A DNA stretch of 37,658 nt from an uncultured Gemmatimonadota bacterium (lineage in GTDB: Bacteria; Blakebacterota; Blakebacteria; Blakebacterales; Blakebacteraceae). A program made the position numbers and the translations under genes. Position 1 is the stretch's first letter; every line of letters starts with the position of its first letter. The notes beneath the pieces are model-generated. The model was not told where the DNA came from. It searched no databases and saw nothing but the letters and a program-made list of their open reading frames with translations. This document shows positions 18,718 to 28,677 of this stretch, piece after piece. The DNA is taken from assembly GCA_964576115.1 (NCBI GenBank), contig CAZNUA010000035.1, positions 1-37,658 of the forward strand, read 5' to 3'.

Positions 18718-21492
18718 ATGAGACAGATTCGGGTTCTGACCTCCCTCACGATCCTCATCGCACTCGTTCTGCCCCTGGCCGGCACAACCGCCCAGGAATC
18801 GAATGGCAAGCGTCCCCTGCCGATCGACGATTACGGCCGGTGGCGCTCGATCACTTCGGTCGCCCTTTCCGATGACGGACGCTGGTTCGCCTGGGCGTAC
18901 AGCAAACGGGAAGCCGACGATACTCTCTACGTTCGGGATCTCGGGAGCGAGGCGGAGTACACCTACCTGATCCCTCGGGCGTCGGGAGCCGCCTTCTCCG
19001 ATAACGGTGCCTGGCTGGTCTGCATGCAGACCGTACCGTGGAAGCAGAAAGAAAAGCTCGAGGAAGAAAAGAAACCGGTCCCTCAGACCGCCTATCTGCT
19101 CAACCTGGCGACCGGTGACACCCTGGTCTGGGACAACACCGCCAGCTTCGCTTTCTCCGAGAGTTCGAGTCACTTCGCGGTACGCACCCGCAAGAGCGAC
19201 CGGGGAGCCGAGCACGACGGCACCGATTTGATTCTCTATCACCTGAACGAGGGCTGGGAGGAACTCATCGGCGGTGTCTCCGATTTCGAATTCAACGACG
19301 GCGGCAGCCTGCTGGCCTGGACGGTGGACGCCGCCGATTCCGACGGCAACGGTCTCTACCTGATGAGGCTCGAAAGCGGCCGGCGCCTGGCTCTGGACAA
19401 CGCCCGCCGCGAGTATGCCCGGATGACGTGGGACGAAGACGGGACCGCCCTGGCCGTACTCGGCGGCAAGGAGAAGAAGGGCTTTGAGGAAAAAGAGAAC
19501 GTGCTCCTGGCCTTTACAGGACTCGATGGATCCGACCCTCCCGTCCGTCACGAACTCGACCCTGCCGACCGCGATGGATGGCCCGAGGGTCTGGTGATCA
19601 GCGAAAAGGGGACGATCACCTTCAACGCCGACGCCACCCGGGTCTTCTTCGGACTCAAAGAACAGGAACGCGACCCCGATGCCGACGATGAGGACGAAGG
19701 GGAGGCTGACGAGGGTGAGGATAAAGCTGAAGAAGACGAGGATGAAGACCCCATCGCCGACGTGGATATCTGGCACTGGGCCGACGAACAGATCCAGTCG
19801 GTCCAGATGATCCGGGCCACCCGCGACCGCAACCGCACCTGGCGGGCGGTCTTCAATCTCGAGGCCCGGAGCTTCTTCCGGCTGACCGACGACGAGATGC
19901 GGGACATCAACCTCACCCGCGACGGCCGCTGGGGGATCGGTTCCGATCCGACCCCCTACATCTCAGACTGGGAGGAAAGCCGGGCCGATTACTACCGGGT
20001 CGACATCGATACCGGCGAGCGAACCCTGATGTTCCGCGGTCAGGGCCGCACCCTGGGGCTCTCTCCCGACTCACAGCACTTCCTCTACTGGAAGGACGGT
20101 CACGTCTGGGATTACGTCATCGCCACCGGAGAGACCCTCAACCTGACCGCCGGCGCGCCGGTGAGTTTCGTCGACGAAACCTACGACCATCCCGGCATAG
20201 TCCCGCCCTACCGCGGACTCCAGTGGGTCGAAGGGGGCGAGGCGATCATTCTGGCTCACCGCTACGATCTCTGGCTGCAGCCTCTGGACGGCAGTCCGGC
20301 CAGCTGTCTGACCGGCGGGACCGGAGCCGAACAGGAGATCCAGTTCCGGTACCTGCAGACCGATCCCGAGGAGCGGTTCGTCGACCTGTCGGAACCGATC
20401 CTGCTGACCGCATACGGGCAGTGGACCAAGAAGGCCGGTTTCTACCGTCTGCGACGCGGCCGCCTGCAGCAGCTCATCTTCGACGACTGCCGCTTCGGGC
20501 GGGCCCGCAAGGCCGCCGAGGCCGACCGCTTCCTCTACACCATCGAGACCTTCGAGCGGTTTCCCGATTACCACGTCAGCGGCGGCGATTTCGATGATCC
20601 GGTCCGGCTGACCGACGCCAATCCGCAGCTGGCCGAGTACACCTGGGGACACTCGATCCTGTTCGAGTACACCAACGCGGACGGAGTGCGCCTGCAGGGC
20701 TGGCTCGGAGTACCCGAAACCCGGCGCGAGGGCGAGCGGCTGCCGATGCTGGTCAATTACTACGAGAAGAACTCGCAGAACCTGCATCGTTTCCAGACTC
20801 CCGGCTACCGCGGCTCGCCCAATCTGGGGGGCTATCTGAGCAACGGGTACCTCATCATGCAGCCCGATGTGCACTTCCGCACCCGCACCACGCACAGTGA
20901 CATGATGGAGTGCGTCGAGGCTGCGTTACGCCGGGTGATCGAGATGGGCTACGCCGACCCGGACCGGATCGCGGTCCACGGCCACAGTTTCAGCGGCCAG
21001 GGGTCGGCCTACATCGCCACCCATTCGACCATGTTCCGGGCCATCGTCTACGGTGCCGGAGCCACCAACCTGGTCTCGGACTTCAATCAGCTCTGGAAGA
21101 GCGCCGGTACCAACCAGCACCGCTACGACATCTACGGGCAGGGGCGGTTCGGGGCCAACATCTTCGACGATCTCGATCTCTACATCGAGCAGTCGGCGGT
21201 CTACCACGCCCGCGACATGAACACCCCTCTGCTGATCCTGCACGGCACCGCCGATGGTTCGGTGGAGTGGCTTCAGGCGGTCGAGTTCTACAACGCCCTG
21301 CGTTTCAACGACAAGCCGGTCATCCTGCTGTCCTACCCCGGGGCCGGACATGGCTTACGCAAGCACGAAAACCAGTTGGACTTCCAGAGAAGAGCTCGCG
21401 CATTCCTTGACCATCATCTCAAGGATGCTCCGGCCCCGGAATGGATGATTTCGGGCCGCCGCTTCATCGACAAACCGGAAAAGAAAAAGTGA
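18718..21492 (+). CDS. Secreted S9 (prolyl oligopeptidase clan) peptidase
   Basis: Signal peptide from ATG 18718 (RBS AGGAG); beta-propeller then triad GHSFSG, HGTADGSV, GAGHG. Confidence 0.92.
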   Translation: MRQIRVLTSLTILIALVLPLAGTTAQESNGKRPLPIDDYGRWRSITSVALSDDGRWFAWAYSKREADDTLYVRDLGSEAEYTYLIPRASGAAFSDNGAWLVCMQTVPWKQKEKLEEEKKPVPQTAYLLNLATGDTLVWDNTASFAFSESSSHFAVRTRKSDRGAEHDGTDLILYHLNEGWEELIGGVSDFEFNDGGSLLAWTVDAADSDGNGLYLMRLESGRRLALDNARREYARMTWDEDGTALAVLGGKEKKGFEEKENVLLAFTGLDGSDPPVRHELDPADRDGWPEGLVISEKGTITFNADATRVFFGLKEQERDPDADDEDEGEADEGEDKAEEDEDEDPIADVDIWHWADEQIQSVQMIRATRDRNRTWRAVFNLEARSFFRLTDDEMRDINLTRDGRWGIGSDPTPYISDWEESRADYYRVDIDTGERTLMFRGQGRTLGLSPDSQHFLYWKDGHVWDYVIATGETLNLTAGAPVSFVDETYDHPGIVPPYRGLQWVEGGEAIILAHRYDLWLQPLDGSPASCLTGGTGAEQEIQFRYLQTDPEERFVDLSEPILLTAYGQWTKKAGFYRLRRGRLQQLIFDDCRFGRARKAAEADRFLYTIETFERFPDYHVSGGDFDDPVRLTDANPQLAEYTWGHSILFEYTNADGVRLQGWLGVPETRREGERLPMLVNYYEKNSQNLHRFQTPGYRGSPNLGGYLSNGYLIMQPDVHFRTRTTHSDMMECVEAALRRVIEMGYADPDRIAVHGHSFSGQGSAYIATHSTMFRAIVYGAGATNLVSDFNQLWKSAGTNQHRYDIYGQGRFGANIFDDLDLYIEQSAVYHARDMNTPLLILHGTADGSVEWLQAVEFYNALRFNDKPVILLSYPGAGHGLRKHENQLDFQRRARAFLDHHLKDAPAPEWMISGRRFIDKPEKKK

Positions 21493-21494
21493 CG

Positions 21495-21513
21495 GCCGGA
21501 ACGCATTCCGGCC
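21495..21513. other. Intergenic hairpin GCCGGAA-CGCA-TTCCGGC between the two peptidase genes
   Basis: Perfect inverted repeat just after the stop codon. Confidence 0.5.
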
Positions 21514-21559
21514 CGTATCGAGTATGCCTGAGTGAGTACACCAGAAGGTGAGGATGATC

Positions 21560-24337
21560 ATGCGACGTTACCCTATCGCCCTGCGAGGATGCCTGCTGGC
21601 GGTTCTGCTCCTCTCCACCGCCGCGCTCGCGACCACTCCCCTGAACGCCCAGGAGGAACTGAAACCGCTCTCGATCGAGGATTACGCCCGCTGGCGGTCG
21701 ATCACCTCGGTCGCGATCTCTCCCGACGGGCAGTGGATCACGTATGCTTATTCCCCCCACCGGGCCGATGACACCCTGTACGTGGAGCAGCCCGGCGGTA
21801 CCGGCGCCTACACGATTCCCCTGGCCTCGCGGCCGGTCATCTCGAACGACTCCCGCTGGCTGGCTTGTCTGCTGACCGTCCCGTACGTCGAAGCCGAAAA
21901 GCTGCGCGAACAAAACGATCGAGTACCGCAGAAGGTACGTCTGCTCAACCTGGCGAGCGGCGACACTCTGACCTGGGAGAACGCCACCTCCTTCGCGTTC
22001 TCGGAAACCTCTAGCCACTTCGTCGTACGCAAGCGGGCCCCGGAGGGCAACCGCGATTTCGAGGGCACCGATCTGATCATGCGCCATCTGCGGGATGGGT
22101 ATGAAGAACTTATCGGGAGCGTGGCCGATTATGCTTTCAACGATCCCGGCACGCACCTGGCCTATACCGTCGACGCGGCCGACGACAACGGCAACGGGGT
22201 CTACCTGATCGATCTGGCCGACGGCACCCGGCGGGCCCTCGACAATGCCAAGGAGGAGTATGCCCGCCTGACATGGGATGAGGAGGGTTTGGCGCTGGCG
22301 GTTCTGCGCGGCCACGAGGTCGAGGGGCAGGAGCAGAAAGAAAACGCCCTGCTGGCCTGGACCGGCCTCGGCTCACGGCGCATGGCGTCCTTCACGTACG
22401 ATCCCTCGGGAGGCGGAGGCGAGTTCCCCGAAGGAATGGTCATCAGCGAGCTGGCCGGACTGGAGTGGACCACGGGGCTCGACCGGGTCTTCTTCGCCGT
22501 CAAGGAGCAACGCGCCGAGGTCGAGAAGGAGAAGAAGCCGGCCGAACTGGTGGCCGATGTGAACATCTGGCACTGGCAGGACGAACAGATCCAGTCGGCC
22601 CAGCAGGTCCAGGCCGGCCGGGATCGCAATCGCACGCATCGCGCCGTGCTGCACCTGGAGTCAGGCGGCCTGCGTTTTCTGCAGCTGACCGATGACGAGA
22701 TGCGCACCATCCAGATCACCCGCGACGGCCGCTGGGGTATCGGTCAGAACGACCGGGCCTATATCTCGGACTGGAAGGAACGCCAGGCCGACTACTACCG
22801 GGTCGACATCGACACCGGCGAACGCACTCTCTTCCTCGAAGGGCACAAGCAGACCCTGGGACTGAGCCCCGATTCCGAGCACTACCTTTTCTGGCTCGAC
22901 GGTCAGATCTGGGATTACGTGCTCGATTCGGGCGAGAAGGTCAATCTGACGGCGAGCGCGCCGGTCGATTTCAGCGATATGGAATGGGATTATATTGGCG
23001 AACGCCCCCCCTACGGGGTGACCGGCTGGACCGCCGACGGTCGCAACGTGATCATCGAGCACCGCTACGACCTCTGGCTGCAGCCCCTCAGCGGTCGCCC
23101 GGCCACCTGTCTGACCGGCGGTGTTGGAGACGAGCGCGAGATCGTCCTGCGCTACCTGCGCACCGATTACGAGGAGCGCTTCATCGATCTCTCCGAACCC
23201 GTCATGCTGACCGCCTACGGACAGTGGACCAAGCAATCGGGTCTCTTCGCCCTGAACCGCGGTTCGGTGACCGAGCTGGTCTACGACGACTGCCGCTTCG
23301 GCCGGCCGATGAAAGCCGAAGAGGCCGATGTCTGGCTCTGGACCCGCGAGACCTTCCGCGACTTCCCCGACTACTGGCTGAGCGACGGTACCTTCGCGAA
23401 TCCGGTCCGGCTGACCGACGCCAATCCCCAGCAGGCCGAGTACGTCTGGGGACACTCGATCCTCTTCGACTACACCAACTCGGACGGCGTGCGCCTGCAG
23501 GGCTGGATGGGCATCCCCGATACGTACCAGGAAGGTCAGCGTCTGCCGATGCTGGTCAATTTCTACGAGAAGTATTCGCAGAACCTGCACCGTTACCAGC
23601 GGCCGGTGTACCGCTCGGGGCCCCAGCTGGCCGGGTACTGTTCCAACGGCTACCTGGTCATGCAGCCCGACGTGCACTTCCGCGGCGGCTCTTCGCACTC
23701 CGACATGCTCGAATGCGTCGAAGCGGCGGTCCGCAAGGTGGTCGAGATGGGGTATGCCGATCCGGAGCACATCGGCCTGCACGGGCACAGTTATTCGGGC
23801 GGGGGAGCCACCTTCATCTCCACCCGTTCCGAGGCTTTTGCGGCCATCACCGCCGGGGCGGCTCCGATCGACCTGATCTTCGAGTTCAACATCCTCTTCA
23901 CCGGCTCGGGGCAGAACAACCACTCCTACGATATCCACGGCCAGGGTCGCTACGGGGTCAGCCCTTACGACGACTACGAGCTGTATGAGCGCGAATCGCC
24001 GATCACGCAGGTGCAGAACATGGATACCCCCCTGCTCTACCTGCACGGCGGGGCCGATCCGACCGTGGAACGGCTGATGGGGGTCGAGCTCTACAACGCC
24101 TGCCGCTTCCTCGGCAAGCCGATCATCTTCCTCGACTATCCCGGCGAGGGCCACGGCCTGCGTCGCCTGGGCAACCAGATCGATTTCCAGACGCGGATGC
24201 GGGCTTTCTTCGACCACTACTTGAAGGGGGTCGAGGCGCCGCGGTGGATGACCGAGGGGATCACCTTTCTGGAAAAGGAACGCGAGATGAGCCGGTACGA
24301 ATCGGGCGGACGATCGGGGGGCCGGGGCGGCCGATGA
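21560..24337 (+). CDS. Secreted S9 peptidase, tandem paralog
   Basis: Signal peptide; triad GHSYSG, HGGADPTV, GEGHG; colinear with the upstream gene; start uncertain (21548/21554/21560). Confidence 0.92.
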   Translation: MRRYPIALRGCLLAVLLLSTAALATTPLNAQEELKPLSIEDYARWRSITSVAISPDGQWITYAYSPHRADDTLYVEQPGGTGAYTIPLASRPVISNDSRWLACLLTVPYVEAEKLREQNDRVPQKVRLLNLASGDTLTWENATSFAFSETSSHFVVRKRAPEGNRDFEGTDLIMRHLRDGYEELIGSVADYAFNDPGTHLAYTVDAADDNGNGVYLIDLADGTRRALDNAKEEYARLTWDEEGLALAVLRGHEVEGQEQKENALLAWTGLGSRRMASFTYDPSGGGGEFPEGMVISELAGLEWTTGLDRVFFAVKEQRAEVEKEKKPAELVADVNIWHWQDEQIQSAQQVQAGRDRNRTHRAVLHLESGGLRFLQLTDDEMRTIQITRDGRWGIGQNDRAYISDWKERQADYYRVDIDTGERTLFLEGHKQTLGLSPDSEHYLFWLDGQIWDYVLDSGEKVNLTASAPVDFSDMEWDYIGERPPYGVTGWTADGRNVIIEHRYDLWLQPLSGRPATCLTGGVGDEREIVLRYLRTDYEERFIDLSEPVMLTAYGQWTKQSGLFALNRGSVTELVYDDCRFGRPMKAEEADVWLWTRETFRDFPDYWLSDGTFANPVRLTDANPQQAEYVWGHSILFDYTNSDGVRLQGWMGIPDTYQEGQRLPMLVNFYEKYSQNLHRYQRPVYRSGPQLAGYCSNGYLVMQPDVHFRGGSSHSDMLECVEAAVRKVVEMGYADPEHIGLHGHSYSGGGATFISTRSEAFAAITAGAAPIDLIFEFNILFTGSGQNNHSYDIHGQGRYGVSPYDDYELYERESPITQVQNMDTPLLYLHGGADPTVERLMGVELYNACRFLGKPIIFLDYPGEGHGLRRLGNQIDFQTRMRAFFDHYLKGVEAPRWMTEGITFLEKEREMSRYESGGRSGGRGGR

Positions 24338-24945
24338 CCCTTCGCCTCGCCGCCGGTTCCCTGACAGGGCTGGCCGGTTCGATGGTCCTGGCAGCCGTTC
24401 TGCTCCTTCTCGGAGGCTGCGGGGAGCGCAATCCCCGGGTCGTCATCGATACCTCCCGGGGCAAGATCGAGGTCGAAGTGTATCTGGACGAAGCCCCGAT
24501 CACGGCCGCCAACTTTCTGCGCTATGTCGATGCGGAAAGCTTCGACGGCGGCAGCTTCTACCGTGTGGTCCGGCTCGACAACCAGCCGAACAACGAGGTG
24601 AAGATCGAGGTCATTCAGGGGGGCGCCCCGCGGCGCCCCCGGGCCGAACGGCTGCCGGTGATCGAGCACGAGACGACCGAAACGACCGGTCTGCGTCACC
24701 TGGACGGAACCATCTCGATGGCCCGCGACGCTCCCGGCACGGCCTCATCGGAGTTTTTCATCTGCATCAACGATCAGCCCGAACTCGATTTCGGAGGCCG
24801 GCGCAATCCCGACGGGCAGGGTTTCGCGGCTTTCGGCCGGGTTGTGCGCGGCATGGAGGTCGTACGGGAGATCCAGGCCCTGGGCGGAGAGTCGCAATAT
24901 CTGGATCAGCCGGTACCGATCGTCTCCGTCAGGCGTGTCAGCTGA
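24334..24945 (+). CDS. Cyclophilin-type peptidyl-prolyl cis-trans isomerase, lipoprotein
   Basis: APITAANFLRYV, FYRVV, IQGG, GTISMAR, SEFFI, FAAFGRVV.GM; lipobox LGGC; ATGA overlap with the peptidase stop. Confidence 0.93.
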   Translation: MTLRLAAGSLTGLAGSMVLAAVLLLLGGCGERNPRVVIDTSRGKIEVEVYLDEAPITAANFLRYVDAESFDGGSFYRVVRLDNQPNNEVKIEVIQGGAPRRPRAERLPVIEHETTETTGLRHLDGTISMARDAPGTASSEFFICINDQPELDFGGRRNPDGQGFAAFGRVVRGMEVVREIQALGGESQYLDQPVPIVSVRRVS

Positions 24946-25008
24946 ACCGTCCCTTCACAGCACTGGGAGGTCTGTCTGGAACACCCTGCGTACAGTTCGA
25001 AAATTAAG

Positions 25009-25034
25009 GCAACCACCCGGCACCGATATCCGTT
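25009..25034 (+). promoter_or_regulatory. Candidate ECF-sigma promoter GCAACC-N16-CGTT
   Basis: AAC and CGT elements at typical ECF spacing, about 60 nt before the DUF5916 gene. Confidence 0.3.
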
Positions 25035-25096
25035 TTTCTGTCTGGAGATTCCATAGCCCTCACTCCGCGATCCGATAGTACTCAGGAGATTCGTGT

Positions 25097-27466
25097 ATGC
25101 CTCATGGTACTGCTCGAATGTCGACTCGCCCGTATTCCGAAACCTCTCACCGATCTCCCTTTGTTGTGTCCGCCGGCCTCATCGTATCCGCCTGCCTCGT
25201 CGTTTCCGTCTGCCTCGGCGGGTTCCCGAACGCCGACGCCCAGACTCAGGGAGAGCGATCGGCCGGCTCAGAGGCAGCGCCGCGGCAGGTCTACCCAATC
25301 AAGCGAACATCCTCCCCCATCAATGTGGACGGCGTTCTGGACGAGCGGGCCTGGCGCGAGGCCTCAGTCATCGACATCGCCTACGAGTGGATACCTGCCG
25401 ATAACGAACCCGCACCGGTCGAGACCGATGTCCGGGTGACCTACGACGAGCGATTCTTCTACATCAGCTTCGATGCCCGCGATCCCGATCCCTCGCTCAT
25501 CCGGGCGCACCTGCTCGAACGCGACACGGGCTTTGCAGACGATCATGTGGGATTCATGATCGATACCTTCAATGATACCCGGCGGGCCTTCCAGTTCCGG
25601 GTCAATCCCCTGGGCGTGCAGATGGATGCCGCCTGGAGCGACATGGAATTCTTCGAGGACTTCTCATGGGATACCATCTGGAATGCCGAATGCCGAATAA
25701 CCGATCAGGGGTACACCGTCGAGATCGCCGTACCCTTTTCCTCGCTCCGCTTCCCCCGCACCGACGACGTCCAGACCTGGGGCTTCTCGGCTTTCCGGTC
25801 GTGGCCGCGCAATGTACGGCACCGCATGCGCACCCACCCCACCGATCGGAACCGGAACTCGCTCCTGGACCAGACTGATCGGATCACGGGGCTGCAGGGG
25901 ATCTCACCGGGGCGCAACCTCGAATTCGATCCCACCTTGACAGCTGTGCGTACCGACGCCGTGACGCCGGGAGGGCTCTCCGCCGATCCCCGGGATACCG
26001 ATCTCGTCGTTGGTGAGGCGGAAACGGAAATCGGCCTGACCGCCAAATGGGGCATTACACCCAATCTCATCTTCAACGGTACTCTCAATCCCGATTTTTC
26101 ACAGGTCGAGGCCGACATCGCCCAGCTGGCAGTGAACAACCGCTTCGCCCTCTACTTCCCCGAGCGTCGTCCTTTCTTCATGGAAGGGATTGATTTTTTC
26201 ACCACTCCCCTGAACGTGATCTACACCCGCACCGTCATCGATCCCACTGCAGGATTGAAGCTCAGCGGCAAGGAGGGGCGCCACGCCCTCGGCCTCTTTG
26301 CCACCCGCGACCGCGTCATGAGCCTGATCTTCCCGACCAACCAGGGTTCCACCTCCGATCTGGTCGAACAGGACGTCACGACCGCGGTGTTGCGCCACCG
26401 CTATGATGTCGGCAGCAGCTCTACTCTCGGCTTCCTCTATACCGGGCGTGACGGAACCGGCTACAGCAACCGGGTGGCTGGCGCCGATGCTTTTCTGCGC
26501 CTGCACCCCACCACCAATCTCTCGTTGCAGGCCCTGCACTCATGGACCGACTACCCCGATGACCGGGCGACTGCCTGGGGCCAGCCTGCCGATCCCTTCG
26601 ACGCCGGCGCGATCTTCGCCAACCTTCAACATATGAGTAATTCATGGGCGGCCGGGTTCGCCTACCAGGAGCTGGGAAGCGGCTTTCGGGCTGATACCGG
26701 TTTCATTCCCCAGGTGGATTACCGCCTGTTGAGAGGCAATCTATTTCACCGTCTCTGGGGGGGCTCCGGCCACTGGTTCACCAACCTGAACTTCGGTCTG
26801 GGCGCGACCCATGTCGAAAACCGCGACGGGCGGCTATCCCTGTCCAACACCAGCGCCGTCCTCCAGTACTTCGGACCGCTGCAGTCACACATCTTCCTCA
26901 CCGCCGGACCGGCACGTGAGTACTATGCGGGGAGGACTTACGATCTCACCCAGGTACAGCTCGACTCCGAGATCCGGCCCTCCGGCGACCTGATCCTGGC
27001 CTTCATCGGCACTGCCGGCACCACCGTGGATCTCGCCAATGCCCGCCGAGCCGACCAGCTCATTCTGGCTCCGGCGATCACGGTCAGCCTCGGTCGCCAT
27101 CTCATGTTCACCTTCAACCATACCTGTCAACGGCTCGACGTCGCATCCGGTCGGCTCTTTACCGCCAACCTCTCCGAAGTGCGTCTTTTCTACCATTTCA
27201 GCGTGCGCACATTCGTGCGGGGGATCGTGCAGTACAACCACCTCGACCGCAATCCCGAGGCCTATCTCTTCGAGGTGTCCCCGACCGACCGGAACCTCTT
27301 CACCCAGTTCCTCTTCTCCTATACCGTGAATCCCCAGACGGTGCTCTACCTGGGGTACAGCGACAACCATCTGGGCCGGGAATTCGGTGGCGGCCTCCCC
27401 CAGCTCGATCTCACCCGTACCGACCGCACCTTCTTCTTCAAACTGGGGTACGCGCTGGTGCTGTAG
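25097..27466 (+). CDS. CBM9-like + DUF5916 outer-membrane (beta-barrel) protein
   Basis: IDTFND.R.AF.F.VNP.G.Q.D, EIAVPFSSLRF, T.NPDFSQVEAD, FPERRPFF.EG; C-terminal amphipathic strand FFFKLGYAL. Confidence 0.88.
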   Translation: MPHGTARMSTRPYSETSHRSPFVVSAGLIVSACLVVSVCLGGFPNADAQTQGERSAGSEAAPRQVYPIKRTSSPINVDGVLDERAWREASVIDIAYEWIPADNEPAPVETDVRVTYDERFFYISFDARDPDPSLIRAHLLERDTGFADDHVGFMIDTFNDTRRAFQFRVNPLGVQMDAAWSDMEFFEDFSWDTIWNAECRITDQGYTVEIAVPFSSLRFPRTDDVQTWGFSAFRSWPRNVRHRMRTHPTDRNRNSLLDQTDRITGLQGISPGRNLEFDPTLTAVRTDAVTPGGLSADPRDTDLVVGEAETEIGLTAKWGITPNLIFNGTLNPDFSQVEADIAQLAVNNRFALYFPERRPFFMEGIDFFTTPLNVIYTRTVIDPTAGLKLSGKEGRHALGLFATRDRVMSLIFPTNQGSTSDLVEQDVTTAVLRHRYDVGSSSTLGFLYTGRDGTGYSNRVAGADAFLRLHPTTNLSLQALHSWTDYPDDRATAWGQPADPFDAGAIFANLQHMSNSWAAGFAYQELGSGFRADTGFIPQVDYRLLRGNLFHRLWGGSGHWFTNLNFGLGATHVENRDGRLSLSNTSAVLQYFGPLQSHIFLTAGPAREYYAGRTYDLTQVQLDSEIRPSGDLILAFIGTAGTTVDLANARRADQLILAPAITVSLGRHLMFTFNHTCQRLDVASGRLFTANLSEVRLFYHFSVRTFVRGIVQYNHLDRNPEAYLFEVSPTDRNLFTQFLFSYTVNPQTVLYLGYSDNHLGREFGGGLPQLDLTRTDRTFFFKLGYALVL

Positions 27467-27525
27467 CGATAGGCGACAGGTCACCTGTCCAGCGCCCGCA
27501 ATCACCCGACTGTTCTCTGGACGTA

Positions 27526-28538
27526 TCAACCGCCTGTGATGAACTCCACCACCCGGGCAATGACCGCCGGGTCGGCCACGATCCGGCGGTGCCCCAGTCC
27601 CCTGGTCAGATACAGTTCCGAACCAGCCCAGGCCTCATGTACCATCCGGCCCTGCTCGACCGGCGAGACCGGATCGTCACGGTCATGGATTACGAGCAGG
27701 GGAATATCGTGCCCGCCATAGATATCGTCGGGTCCCAGGTGTGACCACGGCACCCCTGTCTCCGACTCCAGGTTACGCTCGGCCCGTTCCTGCACAGCGA
27801 TCGTGAAACCCGCGTGCCGGGCGAACTGGTCGGAGTAGTACTTCATGTCGTGCGGGGGGGCGATAAAGACCGCCCGCTCAGTCCTTAAGCCCTGCTGCAG
27901 GGCCAGCGAGGCGACCCAACCGCCCATCGAGTGGGTGACGATCCCGTGCAGTTCGCCCACCCGCTCGGCTACCCCCCGTACGGCCCTGGCGTAATAGACG
28001 CCGGTGGTTCGCTTTCCCTCCGAATCACCATGAGCCGGAGCGTCGAAGGCCACCGCCCTGAACCCGGCCTNNNNNNNNNNNNNNNNNNNNNNNNNNNNNN
28101 NNNNNNNNNNNNNNNNNNNNNNNNNNNNNNNNNNNNNNNNNNNNNNNNNNNNNNNNNNNNNNNNNNNNNNCCCTCCGAATCACCATGAGCCGGAGCGTCG
28201 AAGGCCACCGCCCTGAACCCGGCCTCATTCAGAGGCTCGACCAGGGGCGTGAGCCGGCTGGCCCGGCTGCCCCAGCCGTGCACGAGCAGGACCGTCGGGC
28301 CCTCACCCCACGCATAACCCGCCAGCCGCTCGCCGGCGACATCGACCGTAAAGTGTTCGGCGGCGGCCATGACCGGTTCCTCTGCCGGTTTGACGACTCC
28401 CCGCATCGGGGTACAGAACAGGCGGGCTCCGATCCGGGCCGCCTGAGCGGGCCAGATGCGGGAGAGCAGAACGAAAAACCACCTGACCGGCGCCGGCACG
28501 AGATAGCGGGTATTGGGGCTCGAACGTTCTTCCGGCAT
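27526..28538 (-). CDS. Alpha/beta hydrolase (single gene, about 285 aa, split by an assembly gap)
   Basis: LLVHGW, FDAPAHGDS, nucleophile THSMGG, HDRDD, GLGHRR; collapsing the 55-nt overlap joins the two track ORFs in frame. Confidence 0.88.
28071..28170. other. 100-N scaffold gap with a 55-nt exact overlap (28016-28070 = 28171-28225)
   Basis: Direct comparison of the flanks. Confidence 0.95.
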
Positions 28539-28677
28539 ATCGGGATCCCGATGCAGGTGCATGCTGGGTGACGGTCGACTCACTGCCGCTGCGGCGGCAG
28601 AGGATCGTTCCTCAATGTCTTCCTGCCCAATATGGGAAGAGAGTCCCGGGAGACGCGAACCCGATCTTCAGAGTTGT

